Shown: positions 23,757-36,667 of the stretch, piece after piece
Layout of the letters: the number at the start of each line of letters is the position of its first letter
Numbering within the stretch: the stretch's first letter is position 1
Assembly (NCBI GenBank): GCA_020891255.1
Contig: BQFW01000007.1
Location: 2,170,001-2,234,000, forward strand
Source: Entomortierella parvispora E1425
Taxonomy: Eukaryota; Fungi; Mortierellomycota
Length of the DNA: 64,000 bases
Direction of reading: 5' to 3'
The notes under the pieces: model-generated
What the model was told of the DNA's origin: nothing
What the model saw: the letters and a program-made list of their open reading frames with translations, nothing else
Databases searched by the model: none
Program-made: the position numbers and the translations under genes

Positions 23757-24697
23757 AAGCAGTGACCCAGATCAGGGGGACCCACGGCGCAGAGACAGAG
23801 AGAGAGGGCTGTGTTCTCTTTTGACTGTCGGCGGTTTGTTCCTTGACCCTTTGCCAACACGAATTGGGTGTTTTTTTGCAAAAGAAAGGTTGGCCGGTGA
23901 TACTGTACCCACATCCGCCCTAGAGGGGTATTTTGGTGAACTTGGTATTTTTGGCGGTGGGGGGTGGGGAGAACGGGGGTTATTCTGAGCCGGAGGGTCC
24001 AGAGAGGTTTTTTTTTTTTTTTTGGGTTGTTTCGGATGGCTGGATGAGTACGACCTTCTCGCTGAGGTATTTTTTCCTTTTGTTTCGCTGTCCGATCCTG
24101 GGCCGAGAAAAAGAGAGAGCCAGTCGAGAAATGAAATTTTGAACAGGGTCCTGTCCTTGCTTTTTCATTTTTTTCTAGTCCCGGGACGGTCTGGTCCTGC
24201 AGCAGGCTGTGCCAAAAATAAGTGGTGGGATTGGAATTCCGCCTGGCTGAAATGAACGTCCCTGCTGCTGCTGCTGCTGGACAATTGACCCATACCACGT
24301 AGCGTGGCAAAGGCACTGAGCTCCAAAATAAGGAACACGGCAAAGGGTTGCGTTTGGGGAGGCATGTTGCCCCCCCAAAGTTCCGTGGGCCGAAGAATTG
24401 AATGGACTCCTCTGCTGATCCTTTCCCCTTATTCAAAACTCTCATCCGCAGTGGTATAGTCGGAAGAGGTGGTTGAGAGAAAAGTCTCTGCCGTGGAGAC
24501 TGAGGACCAAGATCCTACTGTGAGATTGTTTAGCGGGTGATCATCTTCCTCGCGAGGCAACTCGAGGGCAACACTGAGAGGGGATTTCACTATTGGATCA
24601 GTCAAAGAGAGGGAACGTACGAGTCAGTTTCATTTGTTTGTTCACTTTTGCAAGCACAAGCTTTTTCTCCTCATATGACCCGGGTTTTGTGTTTGTT

Positions 24698-25921
24698 CTA
24701 TGTATTCTCGAGGATGACGGAGGAGACTAACCACCACCAGTCTAACGAAAACCGTTGTGAGGAGACGGAAAATAATAAACATCCCAGAAATGAACACGTA
24801 CCATTCTGGAAGAGGACTTTTCTGCGGGCAAGGGTGCCTCGGGGCTTCAAGGGTGCAATCAGCTTGCGGGAGCGGATCATGCACAGCTCGGCAGCCATCA
24901 TACGCAGATAGTCAGAGTTGGAGCGTGGTTCACGAGCTGCCAGGTGTCTGGGAAGAGGCAGCACTTCATTCTCTTCCAACGACTTTTGCAATGCACTAGG
25001 CTGGTTGTTGTTGTTGTTGTTGCCGGTACTTTCAGCTGATTGTCCTGTGAGACTCTTTGGGGTGGGTCTTGGGGCGTACTTGCGGACGGGGAGGGCAATG
25101 GGCCTCTTGACCTCCACCACCGGGGTCTCGTGGTAGGTAAAAGTCTTTAAAGGAATGGTGTCTGAACGAAGGGCATTGAACTTGTCCATGGCAGCGACAG
25201 AGGCTGGGTAGCCAGAGGACTGCAGGGCTGGATGAGAGGATAAAGAGCCGAGGTTGGGTAAGGATAACAGCGCGTCTTCGGCCGAAGAGGTGAGGATCAA
25301 GGCTGTATCATCCAGCGTCACCACTGGGGCCCTGTTGGGGGCAATGAGGGCAAGTGGAGGGCAGTCGCGTGAGGATCCCAGGGAACGGTGGCGCACAAGA
25401 CTCTTTGCCTTGCGTTGACGGGTGGAGGTCGAAGAGGCGGTGGAGGCAAGGGTGGTAGAGAAGGTGTGGTAGTGGGCCTTGAGTGTAGCCCAGAGACCAG
25501 GATGGCTCGAGTCGGGGCCATCAAAGAGGAAGGCGTGAAGGGCAGAAGGGGAGGAAGACAAGGACTGGAGAGGCACGTTGTCCTTTGAGGAAGAGGAAAA
25601 GTACGAGAGGTCGAGGGAGGAGCGGAAGGACGAGGACGCAAACTGGGCAGCGTTGTTCTTTTTGGAAGCAACTGGCTTTTTGCTTTTGGAGGATGCGGTC
25701 GAGGAGATCGAGGGCAAGGGTGGAGTGATAGACGAAGTCGAGGAGGAGCGTGGGCGAGTGGAGGACTTTTTCCTTGGGGGGATGGAGCCGTAGGGTTGAG
25801 GAGCGTGCAGGAGCGCAGCGCGGTGTTTGTGCAAGGAAGGTGAAGAAGAAGAAGAAGAAGACGAAGAGGAAGAAGAGGCCGGGGCCGGTAATGAGGACGC
25901 GGGGGTGATGACCGAGATCAT
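24698..25921 (-). CDS. Ser-rich unknown protein with a basic C-terminal motif; 3' end probably spliced
   Basis: ORF begins MISVITPASS; C-terminal motif LPRHLAAREPRSNSDYLRMMAAELCMIRSRKLIAPLKPRGTLARRK. A GTACGT donor at about 24799 suggests a further exon near 24430-24590, which is unresolved. Confidence 0.7.
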   Translation of the reverse strand: MISVITPASSLPAPASSSSSSSSSSSSPSLHKHRAALLHAPQPYGSIPPRKKSSTRPRSSSTSSITPPLPSISSTASSKSKKPVASKKNNAAQFASSSFRSSLDLSYFSSSSKDNVPLQSLSSSPSALHAFLFDGPDSSHPGLWATLKAHYHTFSTTLASTASSTSTRQRKAKSLVRHRSLGSSRDCPPLALIAPNRAPVVTLDDTALILTSSAEDALLSLPNLGSLSSHPALQSSGYPASVAAMDKFNALRSDTIPLKTFTYHETPVVEVKRPIALPVRKYAPRPTPKSLTGQSAESTGNNNNNNQPSALQKSLEENEVLPLPRHLAAREPRSNSDYLRMMAAELCMIRSRKLIAPLKPRGTLARRKVLFQNGTCSFLGCLLFSVSSQRFSLDWWWLVSSVILENT

Positions 25922-26089
25922 TGTGGAGGAAGAATGAAGGAAGGAAGGAAGGAAGGAATGAAGGAATGAATGGACAAAGACGGTTGGGAGAAGAAAAGAG
26001 AGAGGAGAGAAGAGGGAGAAGAGGGAGAGGAGGGAAACCCTTTTTGATCAGATGGAAGAGGTGGAAGAGGACACGGGCTCTCTTTTTTT

Positions 26090-26275
26090 TCATTCATTCA
26101 TATTCAATTCATTCATTCATATTCAATTCATTCATTCATTCATTCATTCATTCGCTTCAAAGCAGTGGAAGTACAGTCAGTCACACCGCATCGCACTCCG
26201 AGACGAGACAGAAAGATTTGATATGGATGTTTGATATGGATGTTGATATGGATGCTGATATGGATATTCAAAGTG
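26090..26275. repeat. (ATTC)n microsatellite followed by a 12-bp GATATGGATGTT-type tandem repeat
   Basis: Directly visible periodic runs in the upstream region of the 24698-25921 gene. Confidence 0.85.
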
Positions 26276-28107
26276 TGTCCGCGGCTGCTGATACGGTGCG
26301 TTTCTTCTTTCTTGGGCTGCATGCAGACTACTGTGCTCTCGGTCAAAGCTCTTTGCTGCTGTGTGCTGTGTGCTGTGTGCTTTGTCTTTCATGCTTCTTC
26401 TTTCTTCTGTTCTTGACTGGTGGGGGTCGACCATGGATCAGGGTCCTCTCTCTCTCTCTTTCTCTCTCTTTCTTTCTCTCTCTTTCTTTCTCTCTGTCTT
26501 CCCGCTTCTCCTGTGTTCTCTCCTGCATCCCTGCTTTTGACTTTGTGCAACAGAGCTGTCCTCTGCTGCATAGGTTGCATGTGTCCATGGCTGATCCCGT
26601 TTGTCCCGAGATCTCCTTACTCTTCTAATACCCCCCCTCCCCCCTGTGTATGTGTAGACTGGACTGCATCAACCGGAAATCAATCAGCACCGCACTTGTT
26701 GACTTCATGGTTGCCTCCGACGCGCCCTCTGCTTGGCTAGGTGTGTCGGTGTTCTTTCTTTCATTGAGCGGTGCTCGATCTGTGCGCTGTGCACTTGGAG
26801 ATACGGTATCTCATTTCTATCATGCAGGTCTTCTTTACAAACAAAAACTCAAATCGGATCCCAATCGACCTCACTCCCCCCCAAAAGGGACCCAAGAGAC
26901 AAGAAAAAGAAAACTCAGCTTCGCGCGGCTTTTCTTCTCCTCCCTTTCATTCCTCTTTCGTCGATCACTTCTTTTTTTTTCTTTTCTTCTTCATTCCCGA
27001 CCTACACCTGCATCAATTGTGCATTTCAGCAGGACTGCTGCCGCACTAAAGGGTGGACTCTGTCGAAAATAAAGGAGAAAGAAAGAAAGACAGAAAGAGA
27101 GGACGGAGACTACGGGTCTCGGCTTCTCGGGTCCTGGGTCCGAACGAGTTAGCCTTTTCCTCTCCCCCCACCTCACCCCCTGCTCCTCCTACGACTCCTA
27201 CTACTCCTTCGACTTTTTACGACTCCTACTGGCTCTTCAATCCTGCGACTCCAGCCCCCTTTCCTTCCGCCTCTTTTGGGACAAAAGGAGCCAAGCAGCT
27301 ATATACTGTAGGCAAAGGAAGAACAGGGGAGGAAAAAAAAAAAAGAGCCCCACTTTGGAACTTTGAGAGGAAGGAAGGAAGGGAGAGCAAGGAATCAAAC
27401 GTGTGTGCGCCAGACACATGATTGTCACCCGCACCCAACTGAGAGCAGGGCAAAACACACACGACATCACACGACATTTGACGAGATACGCAGACCTCTG
27501 TGCGACCACAACTGACAAGATAGGCAATGGCGGGTTGTGCGCTTGACACCAACAAGATTGTCCATCCAAAGGTTATCCTTGCCCCCTCCTTCTTTCTCTA
27601 TGGTCAACCAGTCTGCAGGGCAGTCAGTGTCCTTCACAACACGAATAGAGCGCAGTTGCTGTAGGTCAGCGGTCTAGAGCGTACCTACCAGCAGAGGGGA
27701 CAGGTTATGGAAATACCATCAAAGTTCATCTCCCATTTTTCCTACAGTTCATTTCGACAATGGAAACAGCCTCCCCACCCCCCAATTATTCATCACGCCG
27801 TTTCACCTCCTCGCCAACATCCAGAACGCAGCCGACGCCACGCAAGTCAATCGCAGTTCTTCCACAACCATAATCTGTCAGGAACAAGCTCTAGGTCCCT
27901 GACGAGTGAATGACAATGACCCAATCCTGTTTCACTCGATCGTCACTTCCTGCCTGTTGATTGGCCAGTCGTCCTGGGAAAAAGACTAAAAACAACGTGA
28001 TGGAACCCTATTTGCCAGAAATGTCTTTGCTTTTTATTCGTTCTTGCCGCCCATTCCTTTGCTGGCTATTGTTGGCTTGGCGTTCCTCCTATGTTTGGCC
28101 GTGGGCT

Positions 28108-31100
28108 TTATTGAACCCCCCAGGACAGCTCTAGATCCACCTCGTCATTCGACAGGAACGGCTGGTCAATTGTCTTGATCATCATTTCGCCGCACAGCAG
28201 ACACTCGGAAGCCACCAGATCGTCCAGCTCGTCCCGCAACAGCTCCAGCCGAGGCACGACCACAGCCATATCATCGCCTCCAGTGCCAGTCGATCGCTGG
28301 TGTTGACTCTGGTGCTGACTCAATCCAACACCCAGACCCAACAATCCACCGCCCAAGTTTCCATTGGCGATGCCTCCTCCAGCATTTTCAGTAAAAATAA
28401 CATCCTTGAAAACACCGGCCGCTGTCCCCGCAGCCGTGGTCGCAATCGCAACGCCTCCGCTCATCACAGCCTTGCCTCCTGCTCCAAGGGCACCTCCAAT
28501 GGCCATCACGGCCGCTCCAGTCTGTCCGATCAGCGGCAATTGACTCAATCCTGCTCCTACGCCTCCGGTCGGGTCCACTCCATTCAGGGCCGGGTTTCCT
28601 GCCGTCAGAGGCTGGAGCGTATGATGACTGTTCATGAGCATCATCTTTTGTTGGTTCTGCATTTCGTTCTGGATCTGCTCCTGAAGCTCATCCAAGCGCC
28701 TCAGCTGTCGCGTCGACAGGAAAGGTGTCAGGTTCTTGATCAGACAGTCAGCATGAAAGGTGTGTTGGCAGGGGAAGATGTAGAACTGACGCGTCAGTAG
28801 AGGGAAATCACACGAAGTGCACCGCTCTGTTGAAGCCACCACGGCGAACCGGGAACGGAGCTCTCGAACGTCAATTCGAATATTCTCGGCACTCCTCGTT
28901 GCCTCGTCCATATCGGCCTTGAGCTCGTCAATGTGGATATTATACCGCTCCAAGGCCACGCAAATCTCCTCCTTGAAATCGTCAATGAGAACAAAGTCGG
29001 GAAAGAACGGCAAGATGTCCTCAATCTTGAGCAAATCAGTCTCGTTCAAGAACTCCATTGCGGCCTTGATGTCCTTCTTTTCCTTGACAACATGGCGCGC
29101 AATCTTCAGCCAGAGCTTCTTGCGAAGAATGTCATCGTCCTCGGGTTTATCCGCGTTGATCAGGGCCAAATCCAGATCGTTGTTCTGTGAGAAAGAAGTG
29201 ACACGCAAAAGGTTCATACAAGAGGTTTTGTAATTGCAACATGACGATTCTTGAAACATGCGTTGAGTATCTCACCTTCAGTGCAAGATCCACAGCCTCA
29301 CCATAGAGACCCATGCTGCTGTAAATATTGACACAACTCTGAATTCGCTTGTTCTGGGTACAGACTCTCAGCGCGTAGTCCAAGTTGTAATGCATCGCTC
29401 GCCCCTATAGGCGCCAGAATGAAATGAAACGAAAACCCAGTTAGCTTGTCAGATTGACTCTGAAACCCAAGACAACGCGAAATAGGAACAGGTTGAAAGA
29501 CTTACATCCGTCATCAAAAACTTGAGCAGGTCATTCTCATCTCGCGTTGGTTGCGTGGCATACAGAGTCAAGAGGTAATTGTGAATTGCAGGGTCGGTGT
29601 TCTCCATTTGAGTGACAACATAAGACAGGTATCGGATGGCTTGGTTCTGTGCTCCAGGTTCCAGAGCCTTGTGATCATATTTCAAAAGAGCCGGGATGAG
29701 GTTCCTGGGGTTGAGGTTGGGCTGACGAGTCCAGGCACTGACAGTCTCGTACGGCGCATTCTCCATAAGAACAGGCGAAAACCGGTAGTACAAGTCCAGA
29801 GAATCCTGCTTGCTGAGCACCTCCAGCGCATTCTTGTAATTCTTTTCCTGGATCCAATGAGAAATGACGCGCTCATAATCCCCAATCAAAACAGCATAGA
29901 ACAAGAGCTGATCAGTGCGACCGTGAGAAGCTAGCAGCTTGTATGTCGTCTTTTTGTCGAGATAGCCCTATGGAGACAGAAGAAAAAAAACACACTTGTC
30001 AACATCCCGTCGTGCAAGTCAGCCAACCATGTGGCCTGCTATAAACTAAATGGTCGTTACCTTGTTCGTTTCCAAGAAGCCCTTGAACTCATCCTCAAGA
30101 ACACCCTGTTCAGCTTGTAGATTGTGTGAATCAGCATCTGCCGCAGAGGCTTCCATCAAGTCCTCGAGTTGGTTCATTTTGTTGAGATAGATTTCCACAA
30201 GCCAGGTGCAGATGATTGTTTTTTGAGTGATATCCTATCGTTTTTTTTTGCAATCGAGAGAATAAACGAACAATGAGTCGCTGATCATGACCATCATTTT
30301 CCATTTTTGAGGTGACCAGCAGCCACTTACCACTTTCCGCAGTTTGTCCACCTTGGCAAGAAGATAGCTGCGAAGGGCATCGCGCTCTTCTCGTTCAACA
30401 AACTTTAGAGCCACCTCCTCAAATGCCACTGTCGACTGTGCATAGTATTTGGCGGACAACATGTATCGACCTTGTGAAAAATTATGGTTCGCCTGCAAAG
30501 TCAAGACACGGTCTCTTTGAGCAGCATTCTATTCCAATGAAATGAAAAAAAACCCCCCTTGGTTAATCTACCGATTTACCAAGCTACTCGCAAAGAGAAT
30601 CGTAACCACTGCTCTTACCTTGGTATATTGGAGGGCCATGTCGTATTGCTTTTGTTCGAGATAAAGGGTCCAGACATCCTTGTCCTCGTTGACAATCACC
30701 AGTTCAAACATAGACCAGCCAGTGTAGAACCAGAAAGTGTTTTTGGTCGTATCAATTGACATCCCAATGACCTCGTCCCTTGCTCGCAGTGGGATAATTT
30801 CATCAAACACAATCTGATTGTTGAGTTGGTTGACCGCTCGGATACGTTCCTTGTACAGGAGAATAAAGTGAAATTCGGTCAAAGCAATGGCGATGGGAAT
30901 CTCTGACACTGCAGAGGAGGCATCCAGTTCCAAACGAGTAGCCGGGTAGGGCAAAAGCTGAGGCGTGTCGATCACAGAGTCTCCCGCGCCTTGTGAACCA
31001 AACACGAGGTTTCCATGGTAAATTCCTGGTCCTGTCAGCCACGCGAATGTTTTTGCTAATCCCTGGTATTGCAATTCTTGGAACGGACTGAAGAAATGAA

Positions 31101-32372
31101 GTTCACTGTAGGGCAAGTCTCCAGGAAGTTCCGAAAAGCCTAGTCAAGACACGCCATTAGTAGCTAGATCCCAAGAATGATACAGTCCTGAACATAGCAA
31201 AGTTTTGCCCATCATACCTGGATTGACCTCATACTTTGAAAAGAGGTTCTCAAACATGGCCTTATCTTCAGAGCCTCCTCCTCCTGCTCCGCCTGCAGTA
31301 GACACTGTCCCAATGAACTGGTAAATGCGTGTGGGCGTCACGGCTATGACAACGTACTTGTTGCGTGTTCCTGGAAATTGTTCCATTCTCATGCCGGTGA
31401 TGGGCATGTTGGTCTGAAGAGAGTACACCTGCTTAAAGTATCGTTCTTCCTTTCTGAACAGTTCTGCGTTGGGCTCCAGCTCTGCTTCGAATACGAGGCC
31501 CCTCCTGGTACCGATCAAAAATTCCTTTGTGGATGAATCTGAAGGGCGGTCTGTCGAGCGATTCCAGGCGATGGATTCGATTACAACGCCCTAGATAATA
31601 GAGAGTACGAGTTAAAACTTTATCATGCAGCCTCCTTCGTCATGCTGGAGAGTAAAAAAACAACAACATGCATCCACCCTACCCTGATCTTGGTCAACAG
31701 CTTGGCTTTTTTCCAATTTTTGAAATGATAGTAATTGTCGCCACTTTCAGTAGTGATGATCAAGTGGCGTCCTGTTGGGTCCAAGAACATCTTGTAGATC
31801 TTTCCTTCCGAGATCTTTCTGGGGATTTCAATGTCTACGTGTTTGAAGGAGGAGAAGAATAAAATAAAATAGAAAAGTTGGGGGGGTTGTCAACGGTCAT
31901 GCTTCCATTTTGAGTGACGCGCGCGCGTGGTTGCTTTTGGCGATTAAAAAAAAAGTGTACCTTCCACCTCTCTGGAGTTGTCAAGGTCGATGCGCAAGAG
32001 ACGCATGGTTTCCAACGCCATGAAGAGGATATTGTTGGATACTGCCAAGGCTGAGAGCTTGCTTGGAAGAACATACTCCACTGGCATCAATGAGAAGATG
32101 GGTTGGTCCGCCTCCACGAGTCCTGCGTTCACGTATCCATTCTCGAGCTATAGTGTTGTCCATGGTGCAATTCATTGCTTCTGGTCAGTCACATTAAACA
32201 AAAGCTAGAAGCCAGCGAAGTGCATTGACGCGGCCAATGTGTGTGCAGTTACCAAGACCAGGTTGGAAGGCTCCCAGCCCTGAGAACCATGGGCATGGCC
32301 ATTGACAGCGGTGAGTTGAGCCGAGGTTTGGTTCCTGTCGAGATGTTGCTCGATAATGTCGTCCAGATTCAT
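28108..32372 (-). CDS. VPS18: Vps18/Pep3 (HOPS/CORVET core subunit), multi-exon
   Basis: Start MNLDDIIEQH; LAVSNNILFMAL, LIGTRRGLVFEAEL, PIAIALTEFHFILL, YMLSAKYYAQS, FEEVALKF, RKKLWLKIARHV, LKIEDILPFFPDF; C-terminal RING CTSC...CQHTFHADC...CLLC. Confidence 0.96.
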
Positions 32373-32580
32373 GGTGGGCGTAAGAACAGGCAATCTTGCT
32401 CTTTGCTCTTTGTCTCGGGCCGCAGCTGCGTGTGAATGTGAAGATGAAGGCGGAAGGGTGCTCAATGTGACAGATGGAGGAGCCGCAATGTTTCATGCAT
32501 GCAGATGTCGAGAATCATCATGTCGTTGGAGCACGTGACTAATACGACCCGTAAGATTTTATTTACAACCTGCTTCCTTT

Positions 32581-35500
32581 TCATGACGCCGACTGCAGCG
32601 CCTGGAGTTCTGTAACAGTGGTGGAGTCTGGGAAGCCACGGAATCGATAGTCATTCATCTGCTTTCGCCCTTGTTCCAAGGACAAACGCGTGTCCAGGGT
32701 AGTGGCGCTGCCGCTTTGGATATCCAGCAGACGTTGCACCATCGGACGAGCCTCCATCGGAATGGTATTCTTGATTTGTGGGTACTTGGCTGACCTCTGA
32801 CAGAAGAGCATCTAGCGGACAAATTATTAGCGGTCATAAGAGTGGAAACACTGCCGATACTAAGACGCAATTGTGCACATACCGCGCTCATCAAACCTGA
32901 AAGATAGCTGGCACTGCTTTCCTTTTCACCAAGAGAAGTGAATAGAGAGGCCAGCAAGGACGACATCTATTCAGTGAAATTAACGGAATGGCTTTTTAGA
33001 AAACGGCTTTTTGAGCAATGGTAATGAAGCAACTTGGTAGAGGTGTACCTGTTGATTGTCGCCGTCAAGTATGTCAGCTGATAAGCACGACTCTAGAAAT
33101 CCTGCAAGAACGGGGCCGGAAAGTGGGTTCTTTTCAGGTGGCCATGAACATACAGCGTTCAGGACCTATTGCACGCGATTAGATTTGCGATAACAGATGC
33201 GGCTGCTACATTCAAAAGACATTATCAAGTACCTGAAGTGCTTCTGAAGATTGCAGTGGTTGCATCGCGGTTAGAAATAGAACTACAGAGTCGATCGTGC
33301 AGTTGACCTAAACATTGTAAAATCATGTTAGCAACACTGGTCCTAAAACAGTGACCGTAATCCAAATCGATTGCTCTACCTTGGACAGTGATTGTTCATC
33401 ACTTTCGATTAACTGCAGCAAGTCATGAACTCCTCCGACAATCTCCACGCTCCAAATGACTAGTCGAGACCTCATTTCCTCAGATATCACAGACTGCCAA
33501 AGTTCACTCTTGGCTATCGACGTGATGGGATCTACATATTGATGCTGAAAAAAAAAAAAAAAAAGAACTCTCACATCAGACGTCGGCTTGAGAGTCGTGT
33601 CAATAGTTGCTGGTGATGCATTTTGATCTCACCATGGTATAGAACGCCTCCAGTACAAAATCCTCATCTACCAGCAAATCGCAGCAATTCTTCCAGCCTC
33701 CGATGAATACTTCTACAAGTGTGTCCATTCTCTAATTGTCAAATGACCTGGTTAGTTCATGATGCACATTGCTGAACATATAGAGCGCCCTCAATGACAA
33801 CCACTCACCGAGCTCTTCAAGGTTTCGAAGGGAAAGTTGATAAAGAAGGAAAGCGGACGCACTGATATTGAATCCCGTTCTTCTAAGTGCTTAACAAACG
33901 CAATAATTTCAGATGTAACAATGATCTAAATAAAACAGTAAACCCGTCAGTACAAGTGCAAGTCCAGTACAACAGTTTTAATCGCAGTAACAGGTTCACT
34001 CACTCTTTGCGATTCGTCAAGACTTGATATCAGGTCTCGCAGCAGGTTGCCCAGCTTTAAACTTGCGGACCCTACAGGCAACGTGGAAAGCTAACGGAGT
34101 ACAATCTTTGTTAGAGCCCATTTGGTCATTTTCAGGTAGTGAAAATACTGCTATATAGCCACTGCAGGTACCAGCTCAGTCAGGGACATAATCCTGCTCC
34201 TTGTGAAATCCGGGCCGAGCCGCACTGAAATGCCGATCCACCATTCTCTGGCCAAAAGAGACCAAAACTCGGAGCGGCCCAGAGCGAGTTCTGTCATGTC
34301 AAGTTGAAGTCGATTAAACTGTTTGAGTGACAGCACATGTGCAAACGTGCTCATATCAGTCAAAATATCCAGCGACAGATGGTTGCAATCCAGTTCGTTG
34401 GTCTCGACGGCCGGGTATAAACGGTTCTCCCAGATTAGACCATCCACACAATCGACAAGCATTCGCAGGAGCGAAGTACCAGAATCGGTCGGTACAGGAG
34501 GATAGAGCTCTATCTGAAGGACCTCACCCAACTCCTCGAATATCGTCATCATCTTGAGCAGATAGTACATGCGCCCCAGTCTCCACTCTTGCTCCGAAAG
34601 AGGCTCAGCAGAGCTCAGAAACACTACTCGAGGGCCAGCTGCGACAGCAAATTCGTGAACAACAGCCAGCTTGCTCTGCTCCATTGCGGTTCTTGACTTG
34701 GAGATTGCCAGAGGGATGATGTCCTCAATGATGAAAACGAGCTTTGACAACTCTCCATGGATATTGGGATGATTAGCCCTCATCACGTTGTCACTAAGGA
34801 GTCGACTACAACATAACCAAAGGTCAGACTAAATTGCAATATAAGGTGATCGATCTTGCTCGGCATTGCTGAAACGACCAACAATAACCTCGTAGGTTCA
34901 CTCACCCTCTTAAAAAGAATAAAAGGTATCTCAGAAGACCCCTGCACTCTTCATCCTCGCGCCCATCCTGGCAAATGCGTTTGAAAAGTGGTCCCGCCAT
35001 AGATCGCAGGTAGTGACAATAGAACTGAGCGATGCGGAGTCGACGAGAAAAGAAATCGTCGCTTATCTGTTCCTTTTCTTTACAGGTATGGTATATGTCG
35101 ACCAATGTTCCATGAATACCATCACACACAAGCCGAAAGGCACGATACCGCTATAATAGACAGAATGTGATTAGATAAACGGCATTATTGCTAACCATAT
35201 CAAAGTATGGACATACCTCCACTTGTATTGACTTGTCTTCACAACAGGGCAGCAGCTGATCAATGCATTTGAAGGCCAGGTTTAGGAATTTGTACTCTGA
35301 CCTTGCTTCCTCCGCAAAGCGTAAAAGCATGTTGCAAACTGAAGGTCAATTGTAAAAACCCCATTAGTTTTTTTTTTTTTTTTTTTTTTTTTGGTATGTG
35401 ACACGTCAAACGACAGCAGTTCCGTTGAGAATACCTTGAATTGTCAAGATGCTCGCACGGTCTCGCAATTCTGGTGACCGCTGGATCTCCTCCCCTATAA

Positions 35501-36407
35501 AAACTTGAAAGGAACTAGTTGTAGCGAATGTCCTATCTTTCCATGTCCTGAAGCCCTCCGAACGCTCCTGATTACTCCGGCTTCTGTCAAGGTGCTGATA
35601 ACAATGGTGTTAGCAGCTTGTCAACTAGCTAGTATGGACAGAGCTCAACAGTGAATCCTACATTGAATATTTGAATTCCTGTGTCAAGAATCATTGTCGA
35701 CAGAGTCATGGCAGAGGAATCGTCAAGAAAACGAATGAGAGATGGTGTTGGGAGCTTTCGTGTTTTGGCTAGACACGAGTCTACAAGTCCTTCTAGACTG
35801 ATGAGCAACTTCAAGTATAATGCCAGAGAGAATTAGGTGATTAGGTGACAATATGAGTGGCGCAGTGCACACGAGGTGGGGTTTCCCTGTCATTCACGTC
35901 CTTACCGACATCCAAGACTCGGCCTGTTCTCTATCAAAACTCAGTTGGCCCATGACCTACAACAATATTGAGGTGAGACGAGTTTCTATAGTAACATAGC
36001 ATGCCTCCATGTATATATACGCACCTTGGACAATTCGTGTATCACGGCTGTAGGTGCTTGCGGCAGTGTTGAGCTCTTTACAAGTTCCGCAAGCCAGTCT
36101 GTCACGAAAACCTTGGACTGCATCGAGTGCAGATGAAAAGCTAGATGAAAGATACCATTAGCTCCTAGTGAACGTCTTTTTGATTCACAGGTCATTGAAG
36201 CAAAGAATAGCAGAGGTTATTATTACTATGAAACGAGCGACTGAAGGCAAGGGTAAGGTCTTCGATGGACAGAGAGGACTGATGTTTTCTTTTAAACGCC
36301 ACCAAATTGTTTGCTGACAAAGGTGGGTCTTGCAGGGACAGGGCGTTACAGGATCGGATAAGGTCCAGCAGCTCCAGAGGCGGGTGAGTCTCAGTGAGCA
36401 TGGCCAT
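32581..36407 (-). CDS. Probable FIRRM/FLIP (C1orf112, DUF4487) homolog, many exons
   Basis: Helical exons such as RRLRIAQFYCHYLRSM and DMSTFAHVLSLKQFNRLQLDMTELALGRSEFWSLLAREWWIGISVRLGPDF resemble my recollection of C1orf112 segments (RLCRFFANSL; LCTFITSF...LDAALLNAVLS...SLLAMDAWCFLARYG). That this is a gene is secure; the family call comes from memory. Confidence 0.6.
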
Positions 36408-36667
36408 GGCGATGCAATCTGTGCTGCTGTGCCGTAGTGATGTTGAGTGTCAATGGATGGGGTCGACGACGTGATGAAAGGGAAGAAATCGCATGAGGCA
36501 GGCAGGCAGGCAGCCAGACCTGACTCTCCGCCACCAAAAACCAAAATCGCAGTCAAAAACCTGCCGTCGTTTGTTTAGAGAGACGGAGAGGCAGACAGAC
36601 AGACAGGCACCCCCCTGCTGCACCCTGCCCGTCCGCCACCTGCTCCAGTCACCACACCCTCATTACA

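Noticed and set aside
23477-24445. 322-aa minus-strand ORF
   Set aside because: It has no recognisable domain, crosses poly-A/T and tandem repeats, and its composition resembles intergenic DNA.
25921-27570. Many ORFs across the microsatellite-rich region
   Set aside because: They are products of simple repeats, likely promoter or 5' UTR sequence.
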